Shown here: positions 38,493 to 46,512 of the stretch, in pieces
Layout: each line of letters opens with the position of its first letter
Position numbering within the stretch: the first letter of the stretch is position 1
Assembly (NCBI GenBank): GCA_024637015.1
Contig: JAGXGE010000032.1
Location: 73,531 to 137,530 of the forward strand
Reading direction: 5' to 3'
DNA length: 64,000 nt
Source of the DNA: Aequorivita sp.
Lineage (GTDB): Bacteria; Bacteroidota; Bacteroidia; Flavobacteriales; Flavobacteriaceae
The notes under the pieces: model-generated
The model's input: the letters and a program-made list of their open reading frames with translations, nothing else
Databases searched by the model: none
Told to the model about the DNA's origin: nothing
Program-made: the position numbers and the translations under genes

Positions 38493-39611
38493 TTAAATAT
38501 CCTTTCTAAAAGTACTCCGCTCCTTATGTTGCACAGGATTGTAATCCTTCCAAAGCAATTGAACAGCGGTATTTTCTTTTAATTCTGGATTGGTTTCAAC
38601 AGTGTGAATTCCTTTTGAATTGAAAAGATATTGCATCTCTTCAAAAATAATAGCCGTAACACCTTTTCCTTGGTATTCGGGGTCAATTCCTATTAAATAA
38701 AAAGCAGCAGTATCGTTCTTTTTTTGTGCTTGGAGTATATAATTCCAGCCAATTGGAAATAGTTTTCCATTCGCCTTTTTCAACGCTTTTGAAAAGGAAG
38801 GCATAACGATGGAAAAAGCAATCAGTTTTCCTGTTTCATCTTTTATACAGCAAATGTAGTCTGGATGGATAAAACTGAAATATTTCTTTTTATAATAATC
38901 AATTTGATATTGCTGGATGGGTACAAAAGTCTGAAGGGTATTATATGTCTTATTCAACAAACCGAACATATCATCCACATAAGGAAGAATTTCTTTTTTG
39001 TCCTTAAAACGAATTACTGAAAGTTTGTAGCGTTCCCGTATAATTTTTGAAAATTTAGCAACCTTTTCAAAAATTGCTTCTGGGATTTTTAGTCTGTATT
39101 CAACCCAAGTTGCTTGCTTTTCATAGCCTAGTTTTTCTAAATGTTGCGCATAATAGGGATAATGATACCACGTAATCATCGTGTTCATTTCATCAAAGCC
39201 CATGGTGAGGATTCCGGCTTTTTCCATATTGCTGAAACCCACGGGGCCTTCAGCATATTCTAAATTGTGTTCGCGACCTTTTTCGTAGGCCTTTTCAAGT
39301 AGTGCTTTAGTTACCTCAATATCGTCAACCATATCCAGCCAACCGAAACGGATTTTTTTCTTTCCTTGTTCGTTTATTTCCAGATGATTCAAAATAACCG
39401 CAATTCGGCCAACGATTTCGCCATTTTTATAAGCCAAATAATACCAAGCATCGGCATTTTTGAAAACAGGATTTTCTTTAATATCCAAGGTTTCCATTTC
39501 GTCTTTAATAAGTGATGGAACCCAGTATTTGCTGTCTTTGTATAGCTTAAAGGGAAAAGTGATAAATTTTTTAAGATCACTTTTTGAGATGGTTTGTTTT
39601 ACAGTAATCAT
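38493..39611 (-). CDS. Two-lobed GNAT-superfamily acyltransferase
   Basis: 372 aa. The C-terminal lobe has GNAT motif A (YLIGIDPEYQGKGVTAIIFEE). The N-terminal lobe is also GNAT-like (GEIVGRIAVILN). Starts 6 nt after the upstream barrel gene. Confidence 0.6.
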   Translation of the reverse strand: MITVKQTISKSDLKKFITFPFKLYKDSKYWVPSLIKDEMETLDIKENPVFKNADAWYYLAYKNGEIVGRIAVILNHLEINEQGKKKIRFGWLDMVDDIEVTKALLEKAYEKGREHNLEYAEGPVGFSNMEKAGILTMGFDEMNTMITWYHYPYYAQHLEKLGYEKQATWVEYRLKIPEAIFEKVAKFSKIIRERYKLSVIRFKDKKEILPYVDDMFGLLNKTYNTLQTFVPIQQYQIDYYKKKYFSFIHPDYICCIKDETGKLIAFSIVMPSFSKALKKANGKLFPIGWNYILQAQKKNDTAAFYLIGIDPEYQGKGVTAIIFEEMQYLFNSKGIHTVETNPELKENTAVQLLWKDYNPVQHKERSTFRKDI

Positions 39612-39617
39612 ATAATA

Positions 39618-40598
39618 CTATTGTTCGCCGTTATCTTCTGGAGTCAATTCTTCTTGACGCTCCTGTTTTTTGTCCTTCTTTTCTTTTTCGTCTAACTCTT
39701 TATTTACTTTATCTTCCAAATATTCGTCTTTGTTGTGCATATCAAAGCGATAGGCCACACCTGCACGGCCATAGAATTTTGAAGGCGTATCTTTAAAACT
39801 GTATGTTAGCGAAAGATCCACTTGTAAATTTTCATTTAGCAGTGCAGCAGCTCCACCACGAAGTAATTGGTCTGAATAGAAATCACTTTTCAAGCCTTGA
39901 TTTTCAAGAAAAACTGAAAAATAACGATTGGTAGCGTGTGTCAATGTTAGGATATAGCCATAGGTTGGGAAGTCAGTAGTAACACGGTCAACAATAATAT
40001 TGGTCACAAAAACCCATCCGCCAATGAAGTTGTTTTGAGTTGAAAGAACCAATTTCGGGCTTATTTTGGCCTCGGCTTCAGGTGTGAAGGGATTATCGGC
40101 AAAATCAAAGTTGGCGCCCGCGTAGACTGAAATTGCAGGAATTAAATCTGCCCATTGAGTTTTATTATTGGCTTTCCAACTATAAAGGTTTGGGCCCTCA
40201 AGATCTCGTTTTCTGTAGGGATCATAAATTAAATATTTGGCTCCAAGCGTGTTGCTTTTAAAGTTTGAAAGACTATATTCCCTTGAAACTGCAGAACGAT
40301 TATCTGTAATCTTATTGGATTGATACTCCCCCATAAGACTTACTTCTAACCTTTCCTTCCAAAAACCATATCGAATGGAATAGTCTATGGCTAAGCCATT
40401 AGTTTCGGTTTTTAGAAGATCGTGTTTTTCTTTTCCATAACTAAATCCAGTTTCAACCTGAAGCACATTGGTGCCAACCGAAAACGCTCCTTGGGACCCA
40501 CCTGGACGATTGGTGTTTATCATTTCGGTATATTGTGCCGAAACATTTGAAAAGGTTATAAAACAGAGCAGAAATAGAAAGGGAAGTTTGAGGTTCAT
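39618..40598 (-). CDS. Outer-membrane beta-barrel protein with a charged C-terminal tail
   Basis: 326 aa. Signal peptide ...FSNVSAQ, alternating beta-strand pattern, last strand GRAGVAYRF, then a roughly 45-aa K/E/D-rich extension. Confidence 0.55.
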   Translation of the reverse strand: MNLKLPFLFLLCFITFSNVSAQYTEMINTNRPGGSQGAFSVGTNVLQVETGFSYGKEKHDLLKTETNGLAIDYSIRYGFWKERLEVSLMGEYQSNKITDNRSAVSREYSLSNFKSNTLGAKYLIYDPYRKRDLEGPNLYSWKANNKTQWADLIPAISVYAGANFDFADNPFTPEAEAKISPKLVLSTQNNFIGGWVFVTNIIVDRVTTDFPTYGYILTLTHATNRYFSVFLENQGLKSDFYSDQLLRGGAAALLNENLQVDLSLTYSFKDTPSKFYGRAGVAYRFDMHNKDEYLEDKVNKELDEKEKKDKKQERQEELTPEDNGEQ

Positions 40599-40704
40599 AG
40601 AATGTTGGGTTTAGTTCAAAGATATAAGATTTTACCATTAATTTAATAGTGAACATTCGTCTTTTTATGCACCAATCCTTATTTTTGAAAATAATTTGAC
40701 CGTT

Positions 40705-40968
40705 ATGATGACATTCCTAAAAACGATATTGATCGTTCTTCTGGTATATTTTGGGCTGAAGTTTTTAATTAGGCTTGCAACTCCTTATTTAATGCGCTAT
40801 ATTTCAAAAAAAGCTGGGCAACAGTTTGATCAGTTTTTCGGAAACAATCCAAATATGAACACGCAACGCGAAAAGGAGGGAAGTATAACAATTGATAAAA
40901 ATCCATCCCAAAACTCCCAATCCAGTAAAAAAGTTGGAGAATATGTTGAGTATGAAGAAGTTGATTAA
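40705..40968 (+). CDS. DUF4834-family small membrane protein
   Basis: The track start is TTG 40696, with the first ATG at 40705. N-terminal TM helix, low-complexity middle and C-terminal GEYVEYEEV, typical of DUF4834. Confidence 0.6.
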   Translation: MMTFLKTILIVLLVYFGLKFLIRLATPYLMRYISKKAGQQFDQFFGNNPNMNTQREKEGSITIDKNPSQNSQSSKKVGEYVEYEEVD

Positions 40969-41188
40969 ATGGACGTTTGGAAACAGTATGGGTTGAACCA
41001 AGACGTTTTGACCCTCGACTTTTTAAATCAAAATGTTGTTTGTCTTTGTTCCAGAAATTCTTTTTTCTTGTTTCCTGTTTCCCTTCAATCGTGTCTCCAA
41101 CCGACGTTACTCGTGTTTCCCATAAGTAGTGGTTCTTGTTTCCAAAAAAAATACCTAATTTCCCCACTTCATATTCACAATCCAAATT

Positions 41189-43624
41189 ATGCAGTCCAAC
41201 TATAAAAAGTTTCTTCCACATTTAGTTGTTTTCGTTTTATTTATCATTGCCTCCTTGGCCTACTTCAACCCTGTTTTACAAGGCAAGAAAATATTCCAAA
41301 GCGATATTGTGCAATATACTGGAATGGCAAAGCAGCAAAACGATTTCCGAAATGAAACAGGTGAAGAAACCTATTGGACTGACGGAGCTTTCGGCGGAAT
41401 GCCAACCTATCAGTTGGGCGCAAAATACCCAAACAATTACATAAAACAACTCGATCTTGCCATTCGTTTTTTGCCAAGGCCAGCGGATTATCTGTTCCTT
41501 TATTTTATTGGAATGTATATTCTGTTTTTAGTACTGAAAGTTGATTATAGATTGGCTTTTCTCGGTGCTTTAGCATTCGGTTTTTCTACGTATTTAATAA
41601 TTATTTTAGGCGTTGGCCATAACTCAAAAGCCCATGCAATAGCTTATATGCCGTTTGTTTTAAGCGGAATATTTCTCACGTTTCGCGGAAAATATCTCTG
41701 GGGGTTTTTATTATTGACAGTCTCAATGGCCTTAGAACTGGTAGCGAATCACTTCCAAATGACGTATTATTTGATGCTTTTGGTTGTGATTATAGGTATT
41801 GTTTATTTAATTGATGCTTTCCAGAAAAAAATACTTCCGCATTATTTTAAAGCTGTTGGAGTTATGGCAATTGGTGTTTTGATCGCCGTTGGTTTGAATG
41901 CCACAAATATTTTAGCAACCAAAGAATACGCAGATACTTCAACTCGTGGTAAAACTGAACTGACCATCAATGCTGATAACACACCAAAAGATAATAAAAC
42001 AGGGCTCGATTTTGATTATATAACCGAATACAGTTATGGAAGGCTAGAAAGTTTCAACCTTTTCATTCCCCGTTTTATGGGCGGAAGTTCTACCGAAGCA
42101 TTTCCAAAGGATTCAAAAACCGTGGAAAGCATGATGCGGACGGGCAGACCTTCTCAAGAAGCAAACTATATTTTAAACCAAATCCCGATGTATTGGGGAG
42201 ATCAAAGTTTCGTGGGTGCTCCGGCATATATTGGTGCAATTATGATTTTTCTAGCCGTTTTGGCCCTATTTTTATTAAGAGGAAGGATGAAATGGTGGAC
42301 GGTTTCCGCTTTTGTTTTGATGCTTTTTTTGTCTTGGGGAAAAAATTTCAGCGGTCTCACAGAGTTTTTTATTGATTATGTACCGATGTACAATAAATTC
42401 CGTGCCGTTTCTTCAATACAAGTAATTATTGAATTGATTCTTCCAATACTCGCTATCGTTGGTCTGCATAAGTTTTTTAGCCATTTTGAAAGAGAAGAAG
42501 AAAAGAAAAAAGCATTGCTTTGGTCCACGGGAATTGTGGGCGGAATTACATTGCTGTTTATTCTTTTTAAGTCAACATTATTCGATTTTGCAAGTCCGTA
42601 CGATAGCTATTTTAGGGATGAAATGGGGCTTCCGTTTTTGGAAGCGATTCGCGAAGATAGAATGTCACTTTTCACTTCTGATGCAATCCGTTCTTTGATA
42701 TTTGTGCTTTTGACTGCTGCTGTTTTATGGTTTTTTATGAAAGGAAAACTGAAAAAAGGATTTGCAGTTGCCGCGCTGTGTGTCTTAGTATTAATTGATT
42801 TAGTAGGTGTTGATAGAAGATATGTTAACGAGGATGATTTTGTACAAGCTAAATTAGTCGATGAACCTTTTCAAAAAAATGGTGCGGATGAACAGATTCT
42901 GAAGGATGAAGGTCATTACCGCGTTTATGATGCTTCCACGAATGCATTTAACAGTGGGCGCGCAAGTTATTATCACAACGCTTTGGGAGGTTATCATGCT
43001 GCGAAGCCTGGCAGAATGCAGGATTTGTTTGAATTTTATATAAGCAAAGGAAATATTGGGATTCTAAATATGATGAATGTTCGTTACATCATTACCCAAA
43101 CCAAAAATGGCGGACCAGTAGCACAGCGCAATCCTTATGCGAATGGCGATGCGTGGTTTGTTGAAAACGTACTTCCGGCAGAAAATGCGAACCAGGAAAT
43201 TCAGCTTCTTGACAGTTTGGATACCAAAAAAACGGCGATTATAAATAAGGATTTCCTTTCAAAAATACCAAGTCAAAAAATTGAAAGGGATAGCACTGCG
43301 ACTATTGAACTTTTCAGTTACCAACCGAATCATTTAGTCTATGAGGCTTCGACTGATACTGATCAACTGGTTATATTTTCAGAAGTATATTATCCAAAAG
43401 GCTGGAATGCTTACATCAACGGAAAACCTGCTGAATATTTTAGGGCAGATTATGTGTTACGGGCAATGGTAATACCTCCAGGGAACAATAAAATAGAATT
43501 CAAATTTGAACCTAAAGTAATTCAAACAGGAAGCACCATTTCTTTGGCTAGCAGCATTGTTTTTCTTTTAATATTATTGAGCGGCTTATATTTTGCCTTT
43601 CGGAAAAAAGAAGTGAAAGAATAA
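41189..43624 (+). CDS. YfhO-family polytopic membrane protein (putative glycosyl transfer/flipping)
   Basis: 811 aa. Many N-terminal TM helices, a large extracytoplasmic C-terminal domain and a final TM, which is the YfhO family architecture. Confidence 0.65.
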   Translation: MQSNYKKFLPHLVVFVLFIIASLAYFNPVLQGKKIFQSDIVQYTGMAKQQNDFRNETGEETYWTDGAFGGMPTYQLGAKYPNNYIKQLDLAIRFLPRPADYLFLYFIGMYILFLVLKVDYRLAFLGALAFGFSTYLIIILGVGHNSKAHAIAYMPFVLSGIFLTFRGKYLWGFLLLTVSMALELVANHFQMTYYLMLLVVIIGIVYLIDAFQKKILPHYFKAVGVMAIGVLIAVGLNATNILATKEYADTSTRGKTELTINADNTPKDNKTGLDFDYITEYSYGRLESFNLFIPRFMGGSSTEAFPKDSKTVESMMRTGRPSQEANYILNQIPMYWGDQSFVGAPAYIGAIMIFLAVLALFLLRGRMKWWTVSAFVLMLFLSWGKNFSGLTEFFIDYVPMYNKFRAVSSIQVIIELILPILAIVGLHKFFSHFEREEEKKKALLWSTGIVGGITLLFILFKSTLFDFASPYDSYFRDEMGLPFLEAIREDRMSLFTSDAIRSLIFVLLTAAVLWFFMKGKLKKGFAVAALCVLVLIDLVGVDRRYVNEDDFVQAKLVDEPFQKNGADEQILKDEGHYRVYDASTNAFNSGRASYYHNALGGYHAAKPGRMQDLFEFYISKGNIGILNMMNVRYIITQTKNGGPVAQRNPYANGDAWFVENVLPAENANQEIQLLDSLDTKKTAIINKDFLSKIPSQKIERDSTATIELFSYQPNHLVYEASTDTDQLVIFSEVYYPKGWNAYINGKPAEYFRADYVLRAMVIPPGNNKIEFKFEPKVIQTGSTISLASSIVFLLILLSGLYFAFRKKEVKE

Positions 43625-44902
43625 ATGAAACGAGCCCTAATCATCACATACTATTGGCCTCCCGCGGGCGGTCCCGGCGTACAGCGATGGTTGAAATTTG
43701 TAAAGTATTTTCGGGAATTTGGCGTAGAACCGATTGTTTATACACCTGAAAATCCAAGTTACCCTTTAGTTGATGAGAATTTTTCGACAGAAATTCCTTT
43801 CGATATTGAAATTATAAAACAACCTATTAGCGAACCGTATCGATTTGCAAAGCTTTTTTCAAAAAAGAAAACGAAGCAGATAAGCAGCGGTATCATTTCA
43901 AAAAAAGAAATTTCCGCAATGGAAAAGCTGATGCTTTACGTTCGTGGAAACTTTTTTATTCCTGATGCGCGCGTGGGCTGGGTGAAACCTTCAGTTGCAT
44001 TTCTTTCAGAATATATTGCTAAAAACCCAGTGGATGTTTTAATAACTACTGGTCCGCCGCATAGTCTTCACTTAATAGGGATGCAACTTCAAAAAGGATT
44101 GAAATTGAAATGGATTGCAGATTTTCGCGATCCGTGGACTACGATCCATTATCACAAATCACTTCGATTGAACAAAACTTCGGAAAGGAAACACAAAGCT
44201 ATGGAAGCGTTGGTTTTAAAATCAGCAGACATAATCACAGTAACCAGCCCGACCACAAAGAAGGAGTTTGAAATGATTACCGAAACTCCCATTGAAGTTA
44301 TTACAAATGGTTATGATACTTCGGAAGAAGTTAGTTTTATAATGGATTCCTCTTTTTCTATCTCACATATTGGTTCACTTTTAAGTGAAAGAAACCCAGA
44401 GGTTTTATGGAAAATGCTTGCTGAGATATGTAAAGAAAACCATGCTTTCAAAAATGAATTGCAACTTAAGTTTGCCGGAGCTGTAAGCGAAGAAGTGAAA
44501 CAAAGTCTTGAAAACTTCCAACTGATTTCAAATTGTAAATTTTTGGGATACGTCTCACATTCCGAAGCTTTAAAACTACAGCATCAAAGTCAGGTATTAC
44601 TTTTAGTAGAAATAAACAGTGCTGAAACCAGAGCCATAATACCGGGGAAACTCTTTGAATATCTGGCAGCCAAGCGTCCAATAATTGCATTAGGGCCAAA
44701 AGAAAGTGATATTGAAGGAATTATTACGAAAACTGAATCTGGAAAATTTTTCAGCTATTGGGATGATGATGAGCTGAAAGTTGAAATTCTTAATTTGTAC
44801 GAAGAATTCAAAAAAGGGGATTTAAGCATTGCTTCCGAAGGGATTAAAAAATATAGCAGACGGGAACTGACGAAACAAATGGCTACCTTAATTCTGAATT
44901 AA
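43625..44902 (+). CDS. Glycosyltransferase (GT-B fold, GT4-like)
   Basis: 425 aa. The ATG directly follows the YfhO-like TAA. N-terminal YYWPPAGGPGVQRW and a C-terminal E..PGKLFEY motif, typical of GT4-like enzymes. Confidence 0.7.
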   Translation: MKRALIITYYWPPAGGPGVQRWLKFVKYFREFGVEPIVYTPENPSYPLVDENFSTEIPFDIEIIKQPISEPYRFAKLFSKKKTKQISSGIISKKEISAMEKLMLYVRGNFFIPDARVGWVKPSVAFLSEYIAKNPVDVLITTGPPHSLHLIGMQLQKGLKLKWIADFRDPWTTIHYHKSLRLNKTSERKHKAMEALVLKSADIITVTSPTTKKEFEMITETPIEVITNGYDTSEEVSFIMDSSFSISHIGSLLSERNPEVLWKMLAEICKENHAFKNELQLKFAGAVSEEVKQSLENFQLISNCKFLGYVSHSEALKLQHQSQVLLLVEINSAETRAIIPGKLFEYLAAKRPIIALGPKESDIEGIITKTESGKFFSYWDDDELKVEILNLYEEFKKGDLSIASEGIKKYSRRELTKQMATLILN

Positions 44903-44904
44903 AA

Positions 44905-44941
44905 AGTAAACCCCCGATCTCCACCAAAGGCGAATCACGGA
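44905..44941 (-). terminator. Candidate hairpin terminator downstream of the low-complexity protein gene
   Basis: Minus strand reads CCTCCGTGATTCGCC TTT GGTGGAGATCGGGGG followed by TTTACTTTTT. The stem is imperfect, with G:U pairs. Confidence 0.4.
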
Positions 44942-44966
44942 GGCTTAACCAACCAAAAAACTTTCT

Positions 44967-46226
44967 TTATCCGCGTCCTCTTGGGCTAGCTTCTCTTGAA
45001 GAACTACCTCTTGAAGAACTGCCCCTTGAAGTGTTGGCTTTGGAGCTGTTTCGTGAAGGAGCACTGGACTTATTTACTTTACTACGGCTCGCAGTTTCTC
45101 TTTTTGGAGCCTGTGTTGTGCTTCTTTTTGCCGAGCTATTTTTGTTGTTCGAAGAAGCACTTCGGGTTTGTTGTTTCTGAACTGTTCTACCAGGAGAGAC
45201 ATTTCTTGAATCATTTGAGCGCGTTGTACTTTCACTTCGCTTATTTTTCACGCTACTTTGAGAATTGCGTTTTTCTACGTTTCTTTTTGTGTTATCGCCA
45301 TTTCCTATTGTTGTATTGCCGCTACGTGAAGTAACGGTGTTGTTGCGGGAAACGTTTTTTGAAGTATTTCCTGTGTTGCGTGTGTTTCGGTCAACTCTTG
45401 TAGCTCCTTTACTATTGGTGCTGCTACTTCTTGTTACAGTATTACTTCGCGTATTATTGTTTCGGGTTGAACTATTGTTACGACCGTTGTTGGAGGCAAC
45501 CATTGTATTAACTCTGTTCGGGTTATAATCTTTATTTACGAGTGCTCTTCCTTTTTTATCATAAACACGACTACCCGGGCGATAGAAATCCCTACGGCCA
45601 TTGTGATAAGCTACGTGATTTCTTTTTTTGTAATGTACCACGTGATCGTGATAGCTGTATCTAACAGGACTGTAATATCTTCTGTATGGCATATCATAGA
45701 CTACGCAATGGTTGTAAATAGGCCTCGCATAATAAGCGTGCCAAGGGCGATATATATAATATGGATTGAATACATTTATTACGCCTGTGCAATGTGAAAA
45801 ATAACCGTAATTATTATAAATTACGTGAAGACCACCAACGCGAACAACTCTTCTGTTGTTATATTGAATGTCGACATTTCCCGCTTGGGCAATACGGCCA
45901 TATTCATCATAATAAATGGGAACACTTTCCACTTGAATCACTGCGCCATAATCGTCGTACTGAACATAAGCTTCGTAATCATAGCCAGAGTTGAAACTTA
46001 CATTCACATTTGGAGTATTGATCACAACTTGTGAACCTGTTTGTGGTCCAACATAAACAAAGTCGAATTGGCCATCAGGAAAAACAGAGAATTCCACATC
46101 GCCTTCAACGAAGATGTAGGCGTTGCCATCATAACCTCTCCTGTTATTGTTTTCACTTTCATTGGAAGTTGCATTTGCTGAAAATCCCATCAAAAGGATG
46201 CTGAAAATAAATGCTATGTTTTTCAT
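44967..46226 (-). CDS. Secreted protein: Tyr/aromatic-rich N-terminal domain plus a roughly 200-aa Ser/Asn/Arg/Thr-rich basic tail
   Basis: The track start is TTG 46235. ATG 46226 gives MKNIAFIFSILLMGFSANA. The C-terminal half is low complexity (…NNSSTRNNNTRSNTVTRSSSTNSKG…SRGSSSRGSSSREASPRGRG). Confidence 0.65.
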   Translation of the reverse strand: MKNIAFIFSILLMGFSANATSNESENNNRRGYDGNAYIFVEGDVEFSVFPDGQFDFVYVGPQTGSQVVINTPNVNVSFNSGYDYEAYVQYDDYGAVIQVESVPIYYDEYGRIAQAGNVDIQYNNRRVVRVGGLHVIYNNYGYFSHCTGVINVFNPYYIYRPWHAYYARPIYNHCVVYDMPYRRYYSPVRYSYHDHVVHYKKRNHVAYHNGRRDFYRPGSRVYDKKGRALVNKDYNPNRVNTMVASNNGRNNSSTRNNNTRSNTVTRSSSTNSKGATRVDRNTRNTGNTSKNVSRNNTVTSRSGNTTIGNGDNTKRNVEKRNSQSSVKNKRSESTTRSNDSRNVSPGRTVQKQQTRSASSNNKNSSAKRSTTQAPKRETASRSKVNKSSAPSRNSSKANTSRGSSSRGSSSREASPRGRG

Positions 46227-46387
46227 AAGTTTCAAAATTTAAAGGGTTCGTACTTGCTTCGAATTTTTTGGTCAGCTGAGTACGCTTATAAATAAACAAC
46301 GACCGTGCCAAGTTTTTAAATAGTCTATTTTCATTAGTGTTTATGGGGTAAAATGAAAGTGAAAAGATTTTTTGAACCCATATAAAT

Positions 46388-46428
46388 AAAAAATCCGCTG
46401 AAGTATTTTAATACTTTCAACGGATTTT
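46388..46428 (-). terminator. Intrinsic terminator of uvrA
   Basis: aaatccg...cggattt outer stem (46392-98 / 46421-27) with an extended inner stem. T-run on the minus strand (plus-strand A-run at 46385-46393). Confidence 0.6.
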
Positions 46429-46512
46429 AAAAACTAACCAACCAAAAAAACTTAAAGTCTTATTTTACATTAATACCTTTTCAATTAGCGTGCCAAAAAA
46501 ACTTATAAACTC

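Noticed and set aside
40769-41221. 150-aa minus-strand ORF and 78-aa plus-strand ORF (40969..41205) spanning the DUF4834-YfhO intergenic region
   Set aside because: Both frames are open because the region is a polypyrimidine/polypurine tract that depletes stop codons on both strands. They overlap each other and two supported genes. The region is treated as non-coding leader.
44967-45540. Repetitive-looking DNA in the 3' half of the low-complexity gene, considered as a possible tandem repeat or CRISPR-like array
   Set aside because: There is no regular repeat-spacer periodicity. The repetitiveness reflects Ser/Arg/Asn/Thr codon reuse within one continuous reading frame.
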